A stretch of DNA of 63,666 nucleotides, counting the filler, from Licmophora abbreviata (lineage: Eukaryota): the NCBI GenBank assembly GCA_900291995.1. It is 22 parts of 22 records of this genome, joined end to end, with 100 filler letters (N's around TTAATTAATTAA, not from the genome) between each part and the next. Parts side by side here need not be neighbours in the genome. Positions count along the whole stretch, not along the records: positions 29,532 to 31,936 come from OLMU01005024.1; positions 32,037 to 34,980 come from OLMU01005025.1; positions 35,081 to 39,080 come from OLMU01005026.1; positions 39,181 to 43,502 come from OLMU01005027.1; 18 more parts are not named here. The stretch is one strand, 5' to 3'. Under the pieces are notes generated by a model. It saw nothing but the letters and a program-made list of their open reading frames with translations. It was not told the origin of the DNA and did not search any database. The position numbers were made by a program, and so were the translations under genes. Of this stretch, positions 30,557-40,697 are shown piece after piece. The stretch's first letter is position 1. Each line of letters begins with the position of its first letter.

Positions 30557-31483
30557 TCAGATCGCGGTCCTGTCCGCGCCTTTGAGGCCGAGCATATCAC
30601 GCGCACGGGCGGGGCTGGCAACCGTGCGGCCCAGATCCTCGACGATGCGGCGGATCTTGGCGACCTGCGCGGCGTTGCTGGTGGCCAGCTCGCCCCGGGC
30701 AATGGTCAGGCTGTCCTCGAGCCCGACACGCACATGCCCGCCCATGGCGGCGGCCATGGTGATCATCGGCATCTGGTGGCGGCCTGCCGCAAGCACCGAG
30801 AACATGTAATTCGCACCAAAGAGCTTGTCGGCAATTCGGACCATATGGGTCAGGTTTTCAGGATCCGGCCCGACCCCTCCCAGCACGCCGAACACGAACT
30901 GGATGAAGAATGGCGGCTGGATCATGCCGCGATCTGCGAAATGGCGCAGCATGTAGAGATGCGAGAGATCGTAGCATTCGAACTCGAACCGCGCGCCGCG
31001 CTCGGTGCCCAATTCGGTCAGGATGCGGGCGATATCGCGAGGGGTATTCTTGAAGACCAGATCATCCGTGCCTTCCAGAAACGGTTTTTCCCAGTCCTGC
31101 TGCCAGTCGGTGAACCGCTCGGCCATCGGATAGAGTGCGAAATTCATCGACCCCATGTTGAGCGAGGCCATCTCGGGGGCGGCAAGGCGCGGGGCGGCCA
31201 GACGCTCATCGAGGCTCATGATTGCGCTGCCACCGGTCGAGAGATTGAGGATCGCGTCACAGCCCTGATGGATGCGCGGCAGAAAGGCCATGAAATGCTC
31301 GACCGAGGCCGAAGGCCGGCCGGTTTCGGGATCGCGCGCATGCAGATGCAGGATCGCGGCCCCTGCCTCGGCGGCACCGAGGGCCTGTGCGGTGATCTCG
31401 TCGCCGGTCACCGGAAGATGCGGTGACATCGACGGCGTGTGGATCGAGCCCGTGATGGCGCAGGTGATGATGATATCGGACAT
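30557..31483 (-). CDS. Beta-keto acid cleavage enzyme (BKACE/Kce, DUF849)
   Basis: IITCAITG, AGAAILHLHAR, EMASLNMGSMN, FECYD, GGHVRVGLED. Confidence 0.92.
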   Translation of the reverse strand: MSDIIITCAITGSIHTPSMSPHLPVTGDEITAQALGAAEAGAAILHLHARDPETGRPSASVEHFMAFLPRIHQGCDAILNLSTGGSAIMSLDERLAAPRLAAPEMASLNMGSMNFALYPMAERFTDWQQDWEKPFLEGTDDLVFKNTPRDIARILTELGTERGARFEFECYDLSHLYMLRHFADRGMIQPPFFIQFVFGVLGGVGPDPENLTHMVRIADKLFGANYMFSVLAAGRHQMPMITMAAAMGGHVRVGLEDSLTIARGELATSNAAQVAKIRRIVEDLGRTVASPARARDMLGLKGADRTAI

Positions 31484-31496
31484 GCGGGGCCTTGTC

Positions 31497-32982
31497 TTAT
31501 GCGATGCGATCCAGTTCGGGGTGGATCTCGTCGGTGAATTGAGCCAGCGACAGGTCGAGCATCTCGGTGATCTCGTCGAGATGGGTTTCGGTCACGATCA
31601 TCGGGGGGGCAACGATGATATGATCCCCCTCCAGCCCCATGCGGGTGCGCCGCGAATAGACGATCAGCCCGTTGTCATAGGCGATGTTCACAAAGCGGTC
31701 GAACGCCTTGATGTGCTTGGGCAGTGGCGCCTTGGTGCGACGGTCCGACATGAATTCGAACGCCGTCAGAAGGCCCATGCCGCGCACGTCGCCGATGATC
31801 GGATAGCGTTGCATCAGACCGGTCAAACGTTCCATCAGACGCGCGCCCATCACCGCCGAATTCCGGGTGAGATCATTGCGTTCGATCTCGTCGATCACGG
31901 CGACACCCGCCGCACAGGCCAAGGGATTCCCGGCATNNNNNNNNNNNNNNNNNNNNNNNNNNNNNNNNNNNNNNNNNNNNTTAATTAATTAANNNNNNNN
32001 NNNNNNNNNNNNNNNNNNNNNNNNNNNNNNNNNNNNCACCCGCCGCACAGGCCAAGGGATTCCCGGCATAGGTATAGCCATGCAGGAACCCGCCATCGTC
32101 CAGAACCGCCTCGACCAGACGTTCATGCGCCGCCATCGCGCCGAGCGGCACATAGCCTGCGGCAAAGCCCTTGGACATGACGATGATATCGGGGGTCAGG
32201 TTCCAATGCTCGGCGGCGAGGAACGCGCCGGTGCGGCCCGCGCCGGTCATGACCTCGTCGAGGATGAACAGCACGCCGTATTTGCGACAGATCTGCTGCA
32301 CGCGCTCCATGTAGCCACGCGGCGGCGGCAGCGCCCCGGTCGAGGCACCGCCCACCGGCTCGACCATGAAGGCCAGCACGCTTTCGGGGCCTTCCTCGAG
32401 GATCTTCGCCTCGAGCATGTCGGCATAGTGATGACCCGTCGCCTCGTCATCGGGGTCGAGCCCGTCAAGATAGGCGGTGGGCGCGGGGATCTTGGGCATC
32501 GCCTGCATCATCGGCGCGAAGGGTTCCGTCAGCGGATCGTAGCCGGTGATCGCCAACGCGCCGAGCGTGCAGCCATGATAGCTGGGCGCGCGGGTGATGA
32601 TCTTCCAGCGGCTGCCCTCGCCGGTGGCCAGCGCGTATTGCCGCGCCAGTTTCATCGCGCTTTCCACCGCTTCCGAGCCGCCCGAGACGAAAAAGATCCG
32701 GTTCAGGCCTTCTGGGCAGAGGGTGGCTGTCTTCGCGGCCAGTTTCTCGGAGGCCTCGGTTTCGAAATGCAGACGATAGCCGAAGGTCGATTTCTCCATC
32801 TGGCGGCGCATCGCTTCGAGCACGTTCTCGTTGGAATGTCCGATATTGCAGACCATCGCGCCGGAGGATCCGTCGAGATAGCGTTTGCCGTCCACATCCC
32901 ACATGTAGACGCCGCGCGCCTGATCCAGAACCGGACGGCGCTGGCGGCCCTGGTAGAACAGATGGCTGGGTCTTTGTGTCAT
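31497..32982 (-). CDS. Class III (omega/beta-amino acid) aminotransferase (spans gap)
   Basis: YLDGSSG, SGGSEA, SYHG.T, EPVGG, DEVMTG.GRTG, SKG, HGYTY.GNP, DVRGMGLL. Confidence 0.92.
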
Positions 32983-32986
32983 GGCA

Positions 32987-34057
32987 TTATCCGGGCAAGG
33001 CGGCGCAATCCTGCGGCCGCAGATGAAGATTGACCTTGGTGCCCACCGGGAAGGGGTGCCCATCGATCATGTTGATGGCTTGCAGCTGCGTGTCGCCGGC
33101 CTGCACGAAATAGCGGACCGACTGGCCCTGGTAATCCACGGTCTGCACGGTAGCGGGAACCGAAATCACGCCATCGGGCGCGGGCGATGTGGACAACACC
33201 AGCTTTTCGGCGCGCACCACCAGTTTCGCGGGGCCTTCGGTGGTGATCCTCGGGGCTTTGGCCGCCGGGATCGGCACGGTGCCGAAGGTCTTTTCATGCA
33301 AGGTCACGGCACCGCCCGACACCGCGCCGCGCGCCGCAAGGATATTCGATGCCCCAAGGAACTGCGCCACGAATTCGCTGGCGGGCGTGTTGTAGACCTC
33401 TTCAGGGGCGCCCACCTGTTCGACCCGGCCTTCGGACATCACGACGATCTGGTCGGACATCGCCAGCGCCTCGGACTGGTCATGGGTGACGAAGACGGTG
33501 GTCACGCCGATCCGTTCCTGAATGCGCTTCAATTCAACGCGCATGTCTTCGCGCAGATTGGCATCCAGCGCCGAAAGCGGCTCGTCCAGAAGCAGCACGT
33601 CGGGTTCTATGACAATCGCCCGGGCAAGTGCGATACGCTGTTGCTGCCCGCCCGAAAGCGCCTTGGGGTAGCGATCCCCGACATTTGGAAGCTGCACGAG
33701 ATCCAGCGCGTCTTGCACGCGGCGCGGTATGTCCGAGGACGGCACGTTGCGGTATTTCAGCCCGAACGCCACGTTTTCGGCCACAGTCTTGTGCGGGAAA
33801 AGCGCGTAGTTCTGGAACACGAGACCAAGGTTGCGTTTGTGAATGGGCACGTCGTTGACGCGTCTGCCACCGATCAGGATCTCGCCTTCGGTCGGATCCA
33901 GCAGACCCGCGATCATGCGCAGGTTGGTCGTCTTGCCGCAGCCCGACGGCCCCAGAAGCGTGACAAACGCCCCCTCGGGTATTTCAAGCGACGAGCGATG
34001 CACGGCAGTGAAGGTGCCGAACCGCTTGACGATGTTGTTCAGAGTGACCGAGCTCAT
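32987..34057 (-). CDS. ABC transporter ATP-binding subunit (PotA-like)
   Basis: GPSGCGKTT, LSGGQQQR, LLLDEPLS, TOBE-like C-terminus. Confidence 0.93.
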   Translation of the reverse strand: MSSVTLNNIVKRFGTFTAVHRSSLEIPEGAFVTLLGPSGCGKTTNLRMIAGLLDPTEGEILIGGRRVNDVPIHKRNLGLVFQNYALFPHKTVAENVAFGLKYRNVPSSDIPRRVQDALDLVQLPNVGDRYPKALSGGQQQRIALARAIVIEPDVLLLDEPLSALDANLREDMRVELKRIQERIGVTTVFVTHDQSEALAMSDQIVVMSEGRVEQVGAPEEVYNTPASEFVAQFLGASNILAARGAVSGGAVTLHEKTFGTVPIPAAKAPRITTEGPAKLVVRAEKLVLSTSPAPDGVISVPATVQTVDYQGQSVRYFVQAGDTQLQAINMIDGHPFPVGTKVNLHLRPQDCAALPG

Positions 34058-34136
34058 CCATGGTCTCCGATGGCGGGTAATTGGGGGCGACCGGCCCCGG
34101 CGCACAAGGCTGTGGGACCGGTCTTGATCGTCTGGC

Positions 34137-35267
34137 TCAATAGCCCTTTTGCACGCGGCCGAAGGTCTTGGACCATTCCTGCTCGTTGCCGTTCCAATAG
34201 GCCGGGTCGGCGAAGGTCAGGCCCGACAGTTTGCCCGTTGGATCGAAGGCGGGCAGGGTCGGGATCTTGGCGCCCAGATCCACCTTCTGCGGATCAAGGG
34301 CCGGCGGATAGTTCTGCCCCTCGGCCACCGCGATCGAGGTTTCCGGCGCGAGCATGAAGTTCAGCAGCTCTTCGCAAGCTTCCATCGGGCTGCCCTTGAT
34401 GACGAACAGGCATTCCTGCCAGCCCATGCCATTGGGCGGGTCGATATAGCCGATGTCGTGGCCCTGTTCCTGCAGGGCATAGATGCGGCCGGACCAGCCT
34501 TCGGTCACATAGATTTCCTCCTCGGCCAGAAGGCTCATCAGCTCGGCACCCGACCCCCAGTATTTCAGGCTCAGATCGCGATGCTGGCGCACGGCATCCC
34601 AGACGGCGTCCATATCCTCGATCGCATTCGGGTTCTGGCCGGTTTGAAGCGCGGCATACCAGATACGCGTGCGCCAATCGCTCCAACCGGCGATCTTGCC
34701 CTTGTAGGCCGCGTCGATCAACAGATCCGCACCCTTCTCCTTGGCCTCTTCGTCCGAGATATGCTTGCGGTTATAAGCAAGCCCAGTGGTGCCGTAGTCG
34801 TAAGGCACACAAGACAGCTTGCCATCCGAGACACCGCGGAACACGTCGACCAATTTGGGAATGACGTATTGCAGGTTGGGGATGTTGTCCTCGTTCAGCA
34901 CGGTGCTGAGGCCGAGATTATGGTAGCGGGCATAGTCGAACACGCCCGACAGATGCGCGATGTTGTACTCGCCTTCCTGGNNNNNNNNNNNNNNNNNNNN
35001 NNNNNNNNNNNNNNNNNNNNNNNNTTAATTAATTAANNNNNNNNNNNNNNNNNNNNNNNNNNNNNNNNNNNNNNNNNNNNCCCAGCCGTCAAAGCGAACC
35101 TGGCTCACGGTCTGTGCATGGGCGAATTTGGCGAAGGGCGTCTGCACACCGTAAGCAAGGCCCGCGGCCCCGATCAGCCCCAGAAAGCCGCGCCGGTCGA
35201 TATCGCCGTTCATGTAACGCTCGCGCAGACGCTCGTAGCGGGTTGTGTTGTCCATTTTCCTGGTCAT
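34137..35267 (-). CDS. ABC transporter periplasmic substrate-binding protein (PotD-like), Tat signal (spans gap)
   Basis: IDRRGFLG twin-arginine motif; PYDYGTTGLAYN, WSGRI, P..G. Confidence 0.85.
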
Positions 35268-35311
35268 AGGTCACTCCTTGTTGACATGGGTTCAGTTTGC
35301 ATCGGCGGTTC

Positions 35312-36115
35312 TTAAGTGCCGCTCTTGGTCGAAAGTTTCCGGGCAATCGCCAGCCCCAGCAGAGGCAGCCCGACCGTCATCAGGATCATCACCGTGCCAA
35401 GCGCATTGATTTCGGGACTGATCGAATTGCGCAGCATGGCAAAAATCTGGGTCGGGACGGTTTCCACACCACCGGGCTTCCAGAACAGCGTGCCGGTGAT
35501 GTCGTCAAAACTGATGGTGAAGGCAAAAAGCGCCCCCGCCAGAACCGCCGGCAGCATCAGCGGCAGGGTGATCTGAAAGAAGGTCTGGCGCGGACTGGCC
35601 CCAAGGCTCATCGCGGCCTCTTCGACATCGCGCTTGATGCTGACCAGACGGGCCTGCACCACAAGGATGACGAAGGGCAGGGTAAAGATCACATGGCCCA
35701 GCAAAAGCAGGGTGAAGCTTTTGTTGATCTGCAGGAAGTTCAGGAACAGCAGCAGCGCCACCGCAAGAACCACCTCTGGCACCAGAATTGGCGCGATCAG
35801 CAGCGTGGAAATCAGGTTCGACCCCGGCACCCGGTAGCGCACCAGCGCAAGGCTGGCCAGAACACCCAAGGTGGTCGAGATCGCCGCCGTCAGCAGCCCC
35901 AGCACGATCGAGGTGCGAAACGCCCGCAGGATCGCGTCGTTATGCGCCAGCTCCACGAACCAACGGAAGGAAAACCCGGTCATCGGAAAACTTCCGAACT
36001 GGCTGGCGTTGAAGGACAAGAGCACAACGACCGCCACCGGCAGGAACATGAACATGTAGACCAGCAGGGTCCATGCGCGCACCAATGCCCAGCCCAGTGA
36101 TCCCGACTCGCGCAT
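35312..36115 (-). CDS. ABC transporter permease (PotC-like)
   Basis: EEAAMSLGA, FTISFDD, PEINAL. Confidence 0.92.
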   Translation of the reverse strand: MRESGSLGWALVRAWTLLVYMFMFLPVAVVVLLSFNASQFGSFPMTGFSFRWFVELAHNDAILRAFRTSIVLGLLTAAISTTLGVLASLALVRYRVPGSNLISTLLIAPILVPEVVLAVALLLFLNFLQINKSFTLLLLGHVIFTLPFVILVVQARLVSIKRDVEEAAMSLGASPRQTFFQITLPLMLPAVLAGALFAFTISFDDITGTLFWKPGGVETVPTQIFAMLRNSISPEINALGTVMILMTVGLPLLGLAIARKLSTKSGT

Positions 36116-36981
36116 CAGCCCAGCCCCTTCATCAGCTGCGCCATGCCAAGATAGCGGTTGTAGATCAGAACCAGAACCCCCAGCACCGCCAGCAGCATCA
36201 GGCTGAGAGCCGATCCGAGCGGCCAGTTGAGCTGTGTGATGATCGCCTCGAATACAAGATTGGCGAACATCGCATCGGTCGGCCCGCCCAGAACCAGCGG
36301 CGTGATATAGGTGCCTGCCCCCAGAACGAAACACAGCAGCCCGCCCGCCGCCAGCCCCGGCAGCGACAGCGGCAATGTCACCTGCAGGAACGCCTGCCAG
36401 CGTGTCGCGCCAAGCGAATTGGCGGCATCTTCGAGATTGGTGTCGATCCCGTCCAGACTGACAAAGACATTCAGCACCATGAAGGGCAGCAGGAAATGCA
36501 CCAGACCCAGGATCACGGTGGTTTCGTTATAAAGCATCTGGATCGGCTCGGCGATGATGCCAAGCGCCAGAAGCGCGCTGTTGAATGCCCCAGACACGCC
36601 AAGGATGTTGATCCAGCTCATCGTGCGGATGATGTAGCTGATCCAGAAGGGCAGCATCAGCAGCAGCAGCAGGATCGCCTTGTTCCCCTTGGACCGGGCA
36701 ATGAAATAGGCCGCGGGATAGCCCATGACCGCGCAGACGAACGTCGTGATCGCGGCGATCTTGAGCGTGTTGAGCAGAATGTCGCGGTAAAACGCGTCCG
36801 TCAGCGCCTCTTGCCAGTTATCCAGAAAGAAGCCCACCTGATCGGCGCCCGTCGCGGTGCGCAACCAGAACGAATAGACGACGATGAACAGCAAGGGCAC
36901 GAACAGCAGCAACGCCACTGCCGTGAGCGCTGGAGATAGCAATATCCAAGGCTGTCGGGCCTCTCGGGCTTCGACCGACAT
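36115..36981 (-). CDS. ABC transporter permease (PotB-like)
   Basis: LPFWISY, LEDAANSLGA, NWPLGSA. Confidence 0.92.
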   Translation of the reverse strand: MSVEAREARQPWILLSPALTAVALLLFVPLLFIVVYSFWLRTATGADQVGFFLDNWQEALTDAFYRDILLNTLKIAAITTFVCAVMGYPAAYFIARSKGNKAILLLLLMLPFWISYIIRTMSWINILGVSGAFNSALLALGIIAEPIQMLYNETTVILGLVHFLLPFMVLNVFVSLDGIDTNLEDAANSLGATRWQAFLQVTLPLSLPGLAAGGLLCFVLGAGTYITPLVLGGPTDAMFANLVFEAIITQLNWPLGSALSLMLLAVLGVLVLIYNRYLGMAQLMKGLG

Positions 36982-37092
36982 GAGACTCCCTCTTTGTTCC
37001 CTAGCCCGTTGTCACCGGGCTTGGCTTGACGATGCAAAGGGGGCATGCATTAATCAAATAAATAATCGGAATTTTGACTATTGACAGAAACT

Positions 37093-38052
37093 ATGGAAAC
37101 CCCTGACGGCGCTGTCCGTCTGATGCGAGAACTGGACTGGAACCTGCTGCGAACATTCGTCGTGCTGGGGCAGTCCCGCTCGATCACCGAAGCGGCACAC
37201 CGGCTGCGGCTCACGCAGCCTTCGGTCTCGACTGCGCTCAAACGGCTGGAGGACCGCGTCGGCCGTCGCCTGATCGACCGCAAACCGGGGCATTTTGAAC
37301 TGACGAAAGCGGGGCAGGTTCTTTATCGCGAGGCGGTAGACATCCAGGGATCGATCCTGCGCCTATCCACCCAGATGCGCGAAATGACTGACGAGGTGAC
37401 AGGGCATGTGCGCATCGCGCTGGCCAGCCACGTGATCTGCCCGCTTTTCGACGCCGTCCTGTCGGAATTTCACGCCGAGCACCCCAAGGCCACGCTGTCG
37501 ATCGACGTGCTGTCCTCGTCTGAGGCCGTCGAAAGCGTCTCGGGGCGGTTTTCATCCTTTGCCGTATGTCTTGTGAACCGGCGGAACCCGACCCTTGAAT
37601 ACATGCGCATCTACCGGGAATTCTTTGGCCTGTTCTGTGGGCCGCCGCATCCTTTGTTCGGGCGCGAGAACCTCACACGCGAGGATCTGGCCGGGCATTC
37701 CGCCGTCAGTTTCGACACAGACCGCCTGCAGGACGCGCTGAAGCCGGTGGCCGTGATGCGGGCCGAGGCCAATATGGAGGATCTGATCGTGGGCACATCC
37801 GGCCACCTTGAAGAGGTGCGGCGGATGGTCATCGCCGGACTGGGGATCGGCCCCCTGCCGGTTCATGTCACCAAGCGCGATGTGCAGGACGGTGTCATGT
37901 GGCAATTGCCCCCCTACGACACGCCGCCCGCGATAGATGTGCATGTGGTCTGGAACCCCAAGGCGAGCCTCAATCGCGCCGAGCAGTCCTTTCTGGACCG
38001 GCTGCTCAAGCGGATCGAAGCGACCCCCATGGAAGACCGAACTTATCGGTAA
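37093..38052 (+). CDS. LysR-family transcriptional regulator, divergent from the ABC operon
   Basis: LDWNLLRTF, SITEAA..L.LTQPSVS..LKRLE helix-turn-helix. Confidence 0.93.
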   Translation: METPDGAVRLMRELDWNLLRTFVVLGQSRSITEAAHRLRLTQPSVSTALKRLEDRVGRRLIDRKPGHFELTKAGQVLYREAVDIQGSILRLSTQMREMTDEVTGHVRIALASHVICPLFDAVLSEFHAEHPKATLSIDVLSSSEAVESVSGRFSSFAVCLVNRRNPTLEYMRIYREFFGLFCGPPHPLFGRENLTREDLAGHSAVSFDTDRLQDALKPVAVMRAEANMEDLIVGTSGHLEEVRRMVIAGLGIGPLPVHVTKRDVQDGVMWQLPPYDTPPAIDVHVVWNPKASLNRAEQSFLDRLLKRIEATPMEDRTYR

Positions 38053-38099
38053 TGGGCCGGGGCCAGCCCCCTGCCCCAGCCCCGGCCAAGCTGCCGCGA

Positions 38100-38885
38100 T
38101 CAGGTCGCGCGGGCCTTTCGGCGCCCGAAGGCCACCATTCCGCCAATTGCCCCGAGAAGCAAAGGCAGCGTCGCCGGCAGCGGGATCGGTGCGGTCGTGA
38201 TCCGAGCGTAGATATCCGCGGAGACAGGCTGCGCGCCAGTCCATGACTCGAAGACGATAAGATCGTTGGTATAGGTCACCGATCCAGCCCCAGCCGTGCC
38301 CAATCCCAGAAGATCGAACCTGTAGCGTTGGCCATCCATCTCGAAGAAGCGCACAACCGGGGGTGAGGCGACAGCGGTGATATCGGCATCCGCGGGCGCA
38401 GACTGGCCCTCATTGGTGGTTGTCGTCACTTCGAACTGATAGTCAAAATCCAGAATGGACGATCCGAGGAAGATTTCAAGCCCCAGGGTCGCGCCTTTGA
38501 AGTCGTGGCTGATCGCATAGCTGGTGCCGTTGCGATAGGTGAACGTGCCTATCGAGAACGCATCGTTCAGGCTCACGTTCCAGCCCGGACCGCCGTCCGA
38601 GCCGACGCCGTCGAACCGCCAATAGCTGCTGTCGGGACCAGACGTTGCAAGGGTGTTTGCGACATAGGTGTCGATCCATCCGGCTTCGTCCGTATTATGG
38701 CCGTTTTGCCATTCGACGCCCCAAGTGACATCGGCGGTGCCCCCTTTATCTTGGTTGGACACCTCGAAACCCTTGGTGGCGTCGATTGGTCCCCAAGCCC
38801 CGACCGCCGAGCCTGAAAGGCTTGCCGCATGGACCGCTCCTGCCGCAGAGAGCACCAGCGCTGTGGAAAGACATAATACCTTCAT
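38100..38885 (-). CDS. Secreted VPLPA-CTERM (PEP-CTERM-like) protein; passenger resembles choice-of-anchor K
   Basis: Signal peptide; C-terminal PIPLPATLPLLLGAIGGMVAFGRRK; FSIGTFTYRNGT motif. Confidence 0.85.
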   Translation of the reverse strand: MKVLCLSTALVLSAAGAVHAASLSGSAVGAWGPIDATKGFEVSNQDKGGTADVTWGVEWQNGHNTDEAGWIDTYVANTLATSGPDSSYWRFDGVGSDGGPGWNVSLNDAFSIGTFTYRNGTSYAISHDFKGATLGLEIFLGSSILDFDYQFEVTTTTNEGQSAPADADITAVASPPVVRFFEMDGQRYRFDLLGLGTAGAGSVTYTNDLIVFESWTGAQPVSADIYARITTAPIPLPATLPLLLGAIGGMVAFGRRKARAT

Positions 38886-38992
38886 AACAAAACTCCTTTT
38901 CAATAACTTCTGTGGCTCGGTCAGTGCTGGCGCTTGCGCGATTTTGTTAAGCGCAGCGGCACGGCACCGGGCTTGGCTGAGTGGGCGGACGT

Positions 38993-39532
38993 TCAGTTCG
39001 TCACTCCACCCGGAGGACCACCTGTTCCACCACCAGCGCCACCGCCGGCTCCACCGCCTGCTCCACCACCAGCGCCACCGNNNNNNNNNNNNNNNNNNNN
39101 NNNNNNNNNNNNNNNNNNNNNNNNTTAATTAATTAANNNNNNNNNNNNNNNNNNNNNNNNNNNNNNNNNNNNNNNNNNNNCACCAGCGCCGCCAACTCCG
39201 CCGGGGCCTCCGCCGCCATCGGCACCGACACCCGGCCCGTTGCCGACGCCCGATGCAGCGGCAGTCGAGAAGGTCTCGACCTCGGTCAGCACAACTGCCA
39301 GACCGGGGCATGCCAATTGGGTTTCGGCCAGGATGGATGCGAAACTGGCGCTGCGCTGAAGCTGGGCGACAAAGCCACGGGTCACGCGATCACAGTCGCA
39401 CAAATCGTCGACCGATGATGTCGTCATGGCCGTCCAGGCGGTGCATCTTGTATCAGCGATTGCAGGGGCGGCCAAAGTTGCCAGAGAGCAAAATGCTCCG
39501 ATCGTGGTCAAAGCCACAAATTTGCGTTTCAA
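38993..39532 (-). CDS. Secreted Cys-containing protein with long Gly-rich tail (spans gap)
   Basis: Signal peptide, C..CDC..C, then GGGA repeats on both sides of the gap ending GPPGGVTN*; TTG start with GGGAG RBS. Confidence 0.7.
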
Positions 39533-39913
39533 AGTTATTCTCCCAAAGTCTGCTTTTTACGCCCCCACAGCGGAACACCAACTTTCACTTAATAAATGAT
39601 CTGAACAATTTTGATTCTTACCGTATTCTCGCCAGATTTTCGACACATTCCACCTATTTCCATAGCGAAGGATTTGTGCAAAAGTCAAGATGTTGATTTT
39701 TGGAAGGTTGAATTGCAACATATAGTGTTATTATTGCCAAAACTGGACATAAACTTTTTCAGTTTTGGAAACTATGAGACGCAATGTGCGTTTCACGAGG
39801 CCGTGCAATGAGCCGGTGATGTGCCGAAAGTGCTCATATTTGAAACAATAAAGCCGCGCGCCTCGCTTGCGCGGGGCGTGCGGCCTCCGGTCTTTCAGGT
39901 AAGTTCAGCAGGG

Positions 39914-40507
39914 TCAGCCTTGCTGAAAACCACCGACCCAGCTGCGCGGGTTTTGCGGGTTCTGCATTCTCAGAAAGATATATCTCGAGGATCGCCAATC
40001 GCGGATATCGTTCGTCAGATTGTCCAGCAAGAGGTCGCCCCGATCCGATCGGTAGACCAGAACCGCATGCGGCACCCTTTTGCGGTCAAGGACCGTCGCC
40101 AGCAACAGCTTGCGGTGATCCACGCCAAGGCGCACCAGCTCGCGTTTCTTGAGCAGAGCGAAATCTTCACAATCGCCCCCCGACGCCGTCGGTAAGGACC
40201 AGTAATCCCCACTTCGGAATTGCCCACGATCCGAGGCGGGCTTCACCGATGAATTGACCTGAGTGTTGATCTTCTTGACCAATGCCAGTTCCTGCTCGAC
40301 GCCGAGCGATGCCTTGACCTGACCGCCACAGGCCCAATCGTATTTCGCGCAGATATTCTTCGCCCCGTTCGGCGGCGGCATCTCAACGCTTGCAAGCAGG
40401 AAGGTATTGCCCGCGGTTGCGGCAGCGGCAGACATCACCATGCCGATCGCCCCGAAAAGAAGGGAGCGTGGCGCTTGAGATACTAAAAACTTCTGAATGA
40501 TATGCAT
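39914..40507 (-). CDS. Transglutaminase-like cysteine peptidase (BTLCP/LapG family)
   Basis: Signal peptide; D.W..P, GDCEDFAL, HAVL, LDNL (Cys-His-Asp triad). Confidence 0.9.
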   Translation of the reverse strand: MHIIQKFLVSQAPRSLLFGAIGMVMSAAAATAGNTFLLASVEMPPPNGAKNICAKYDWACGGQVKASLGVEQELALVKKINTQVNSSVKPASDRGQFRSGDYWSLPTASGGDCEDFALLKKRELVRLGVDHRKLLLATVLDRKRVPHAVLVYRSDRGDLLLDNLTNDIRDWRSSRYIFLRMQNPQNPRSWVGGFQQG

Positions 40508-40697
40508 CTTGCAGGTATCCTCACTATCGCGACAAATGGTCGACAGCGCCGAAACTCGGCATGGCGATACCGCAAGATCCGTGCCAAAGATGACGTAAGT
40601 TTGGCGAAACTATTCTGATCTCATGGCGCGGCCCGAGGGACAGGTGATCGCGGCGCGACCCTGTAAACGCGGCGTGTTGCGCAATGAAAGGCGCGCC

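Noticed and set aside
29407..32070. Short duplications either side of gaps (29407-29431 vs 29532-29556; about 31904-31936 vs 32037-32069; AGCCGGAG at 43495 vs 43603)
   Set aside because: These are overlapping contig ends within single genes, not target-site duplications.
38934..39128. Proline-rich plus-strand ORF (PPPA repeats)
   Set aside because: It is the reverse complement of the GGGA-repeat tail of the minus-strand secreted protein.
39712..39730. NrdR-like box GCAACATATAGTGT in the AT-rich spacer
   Set aside because: A single weak match in AT-rich DNA with no relevant downstream gene; likely chance.
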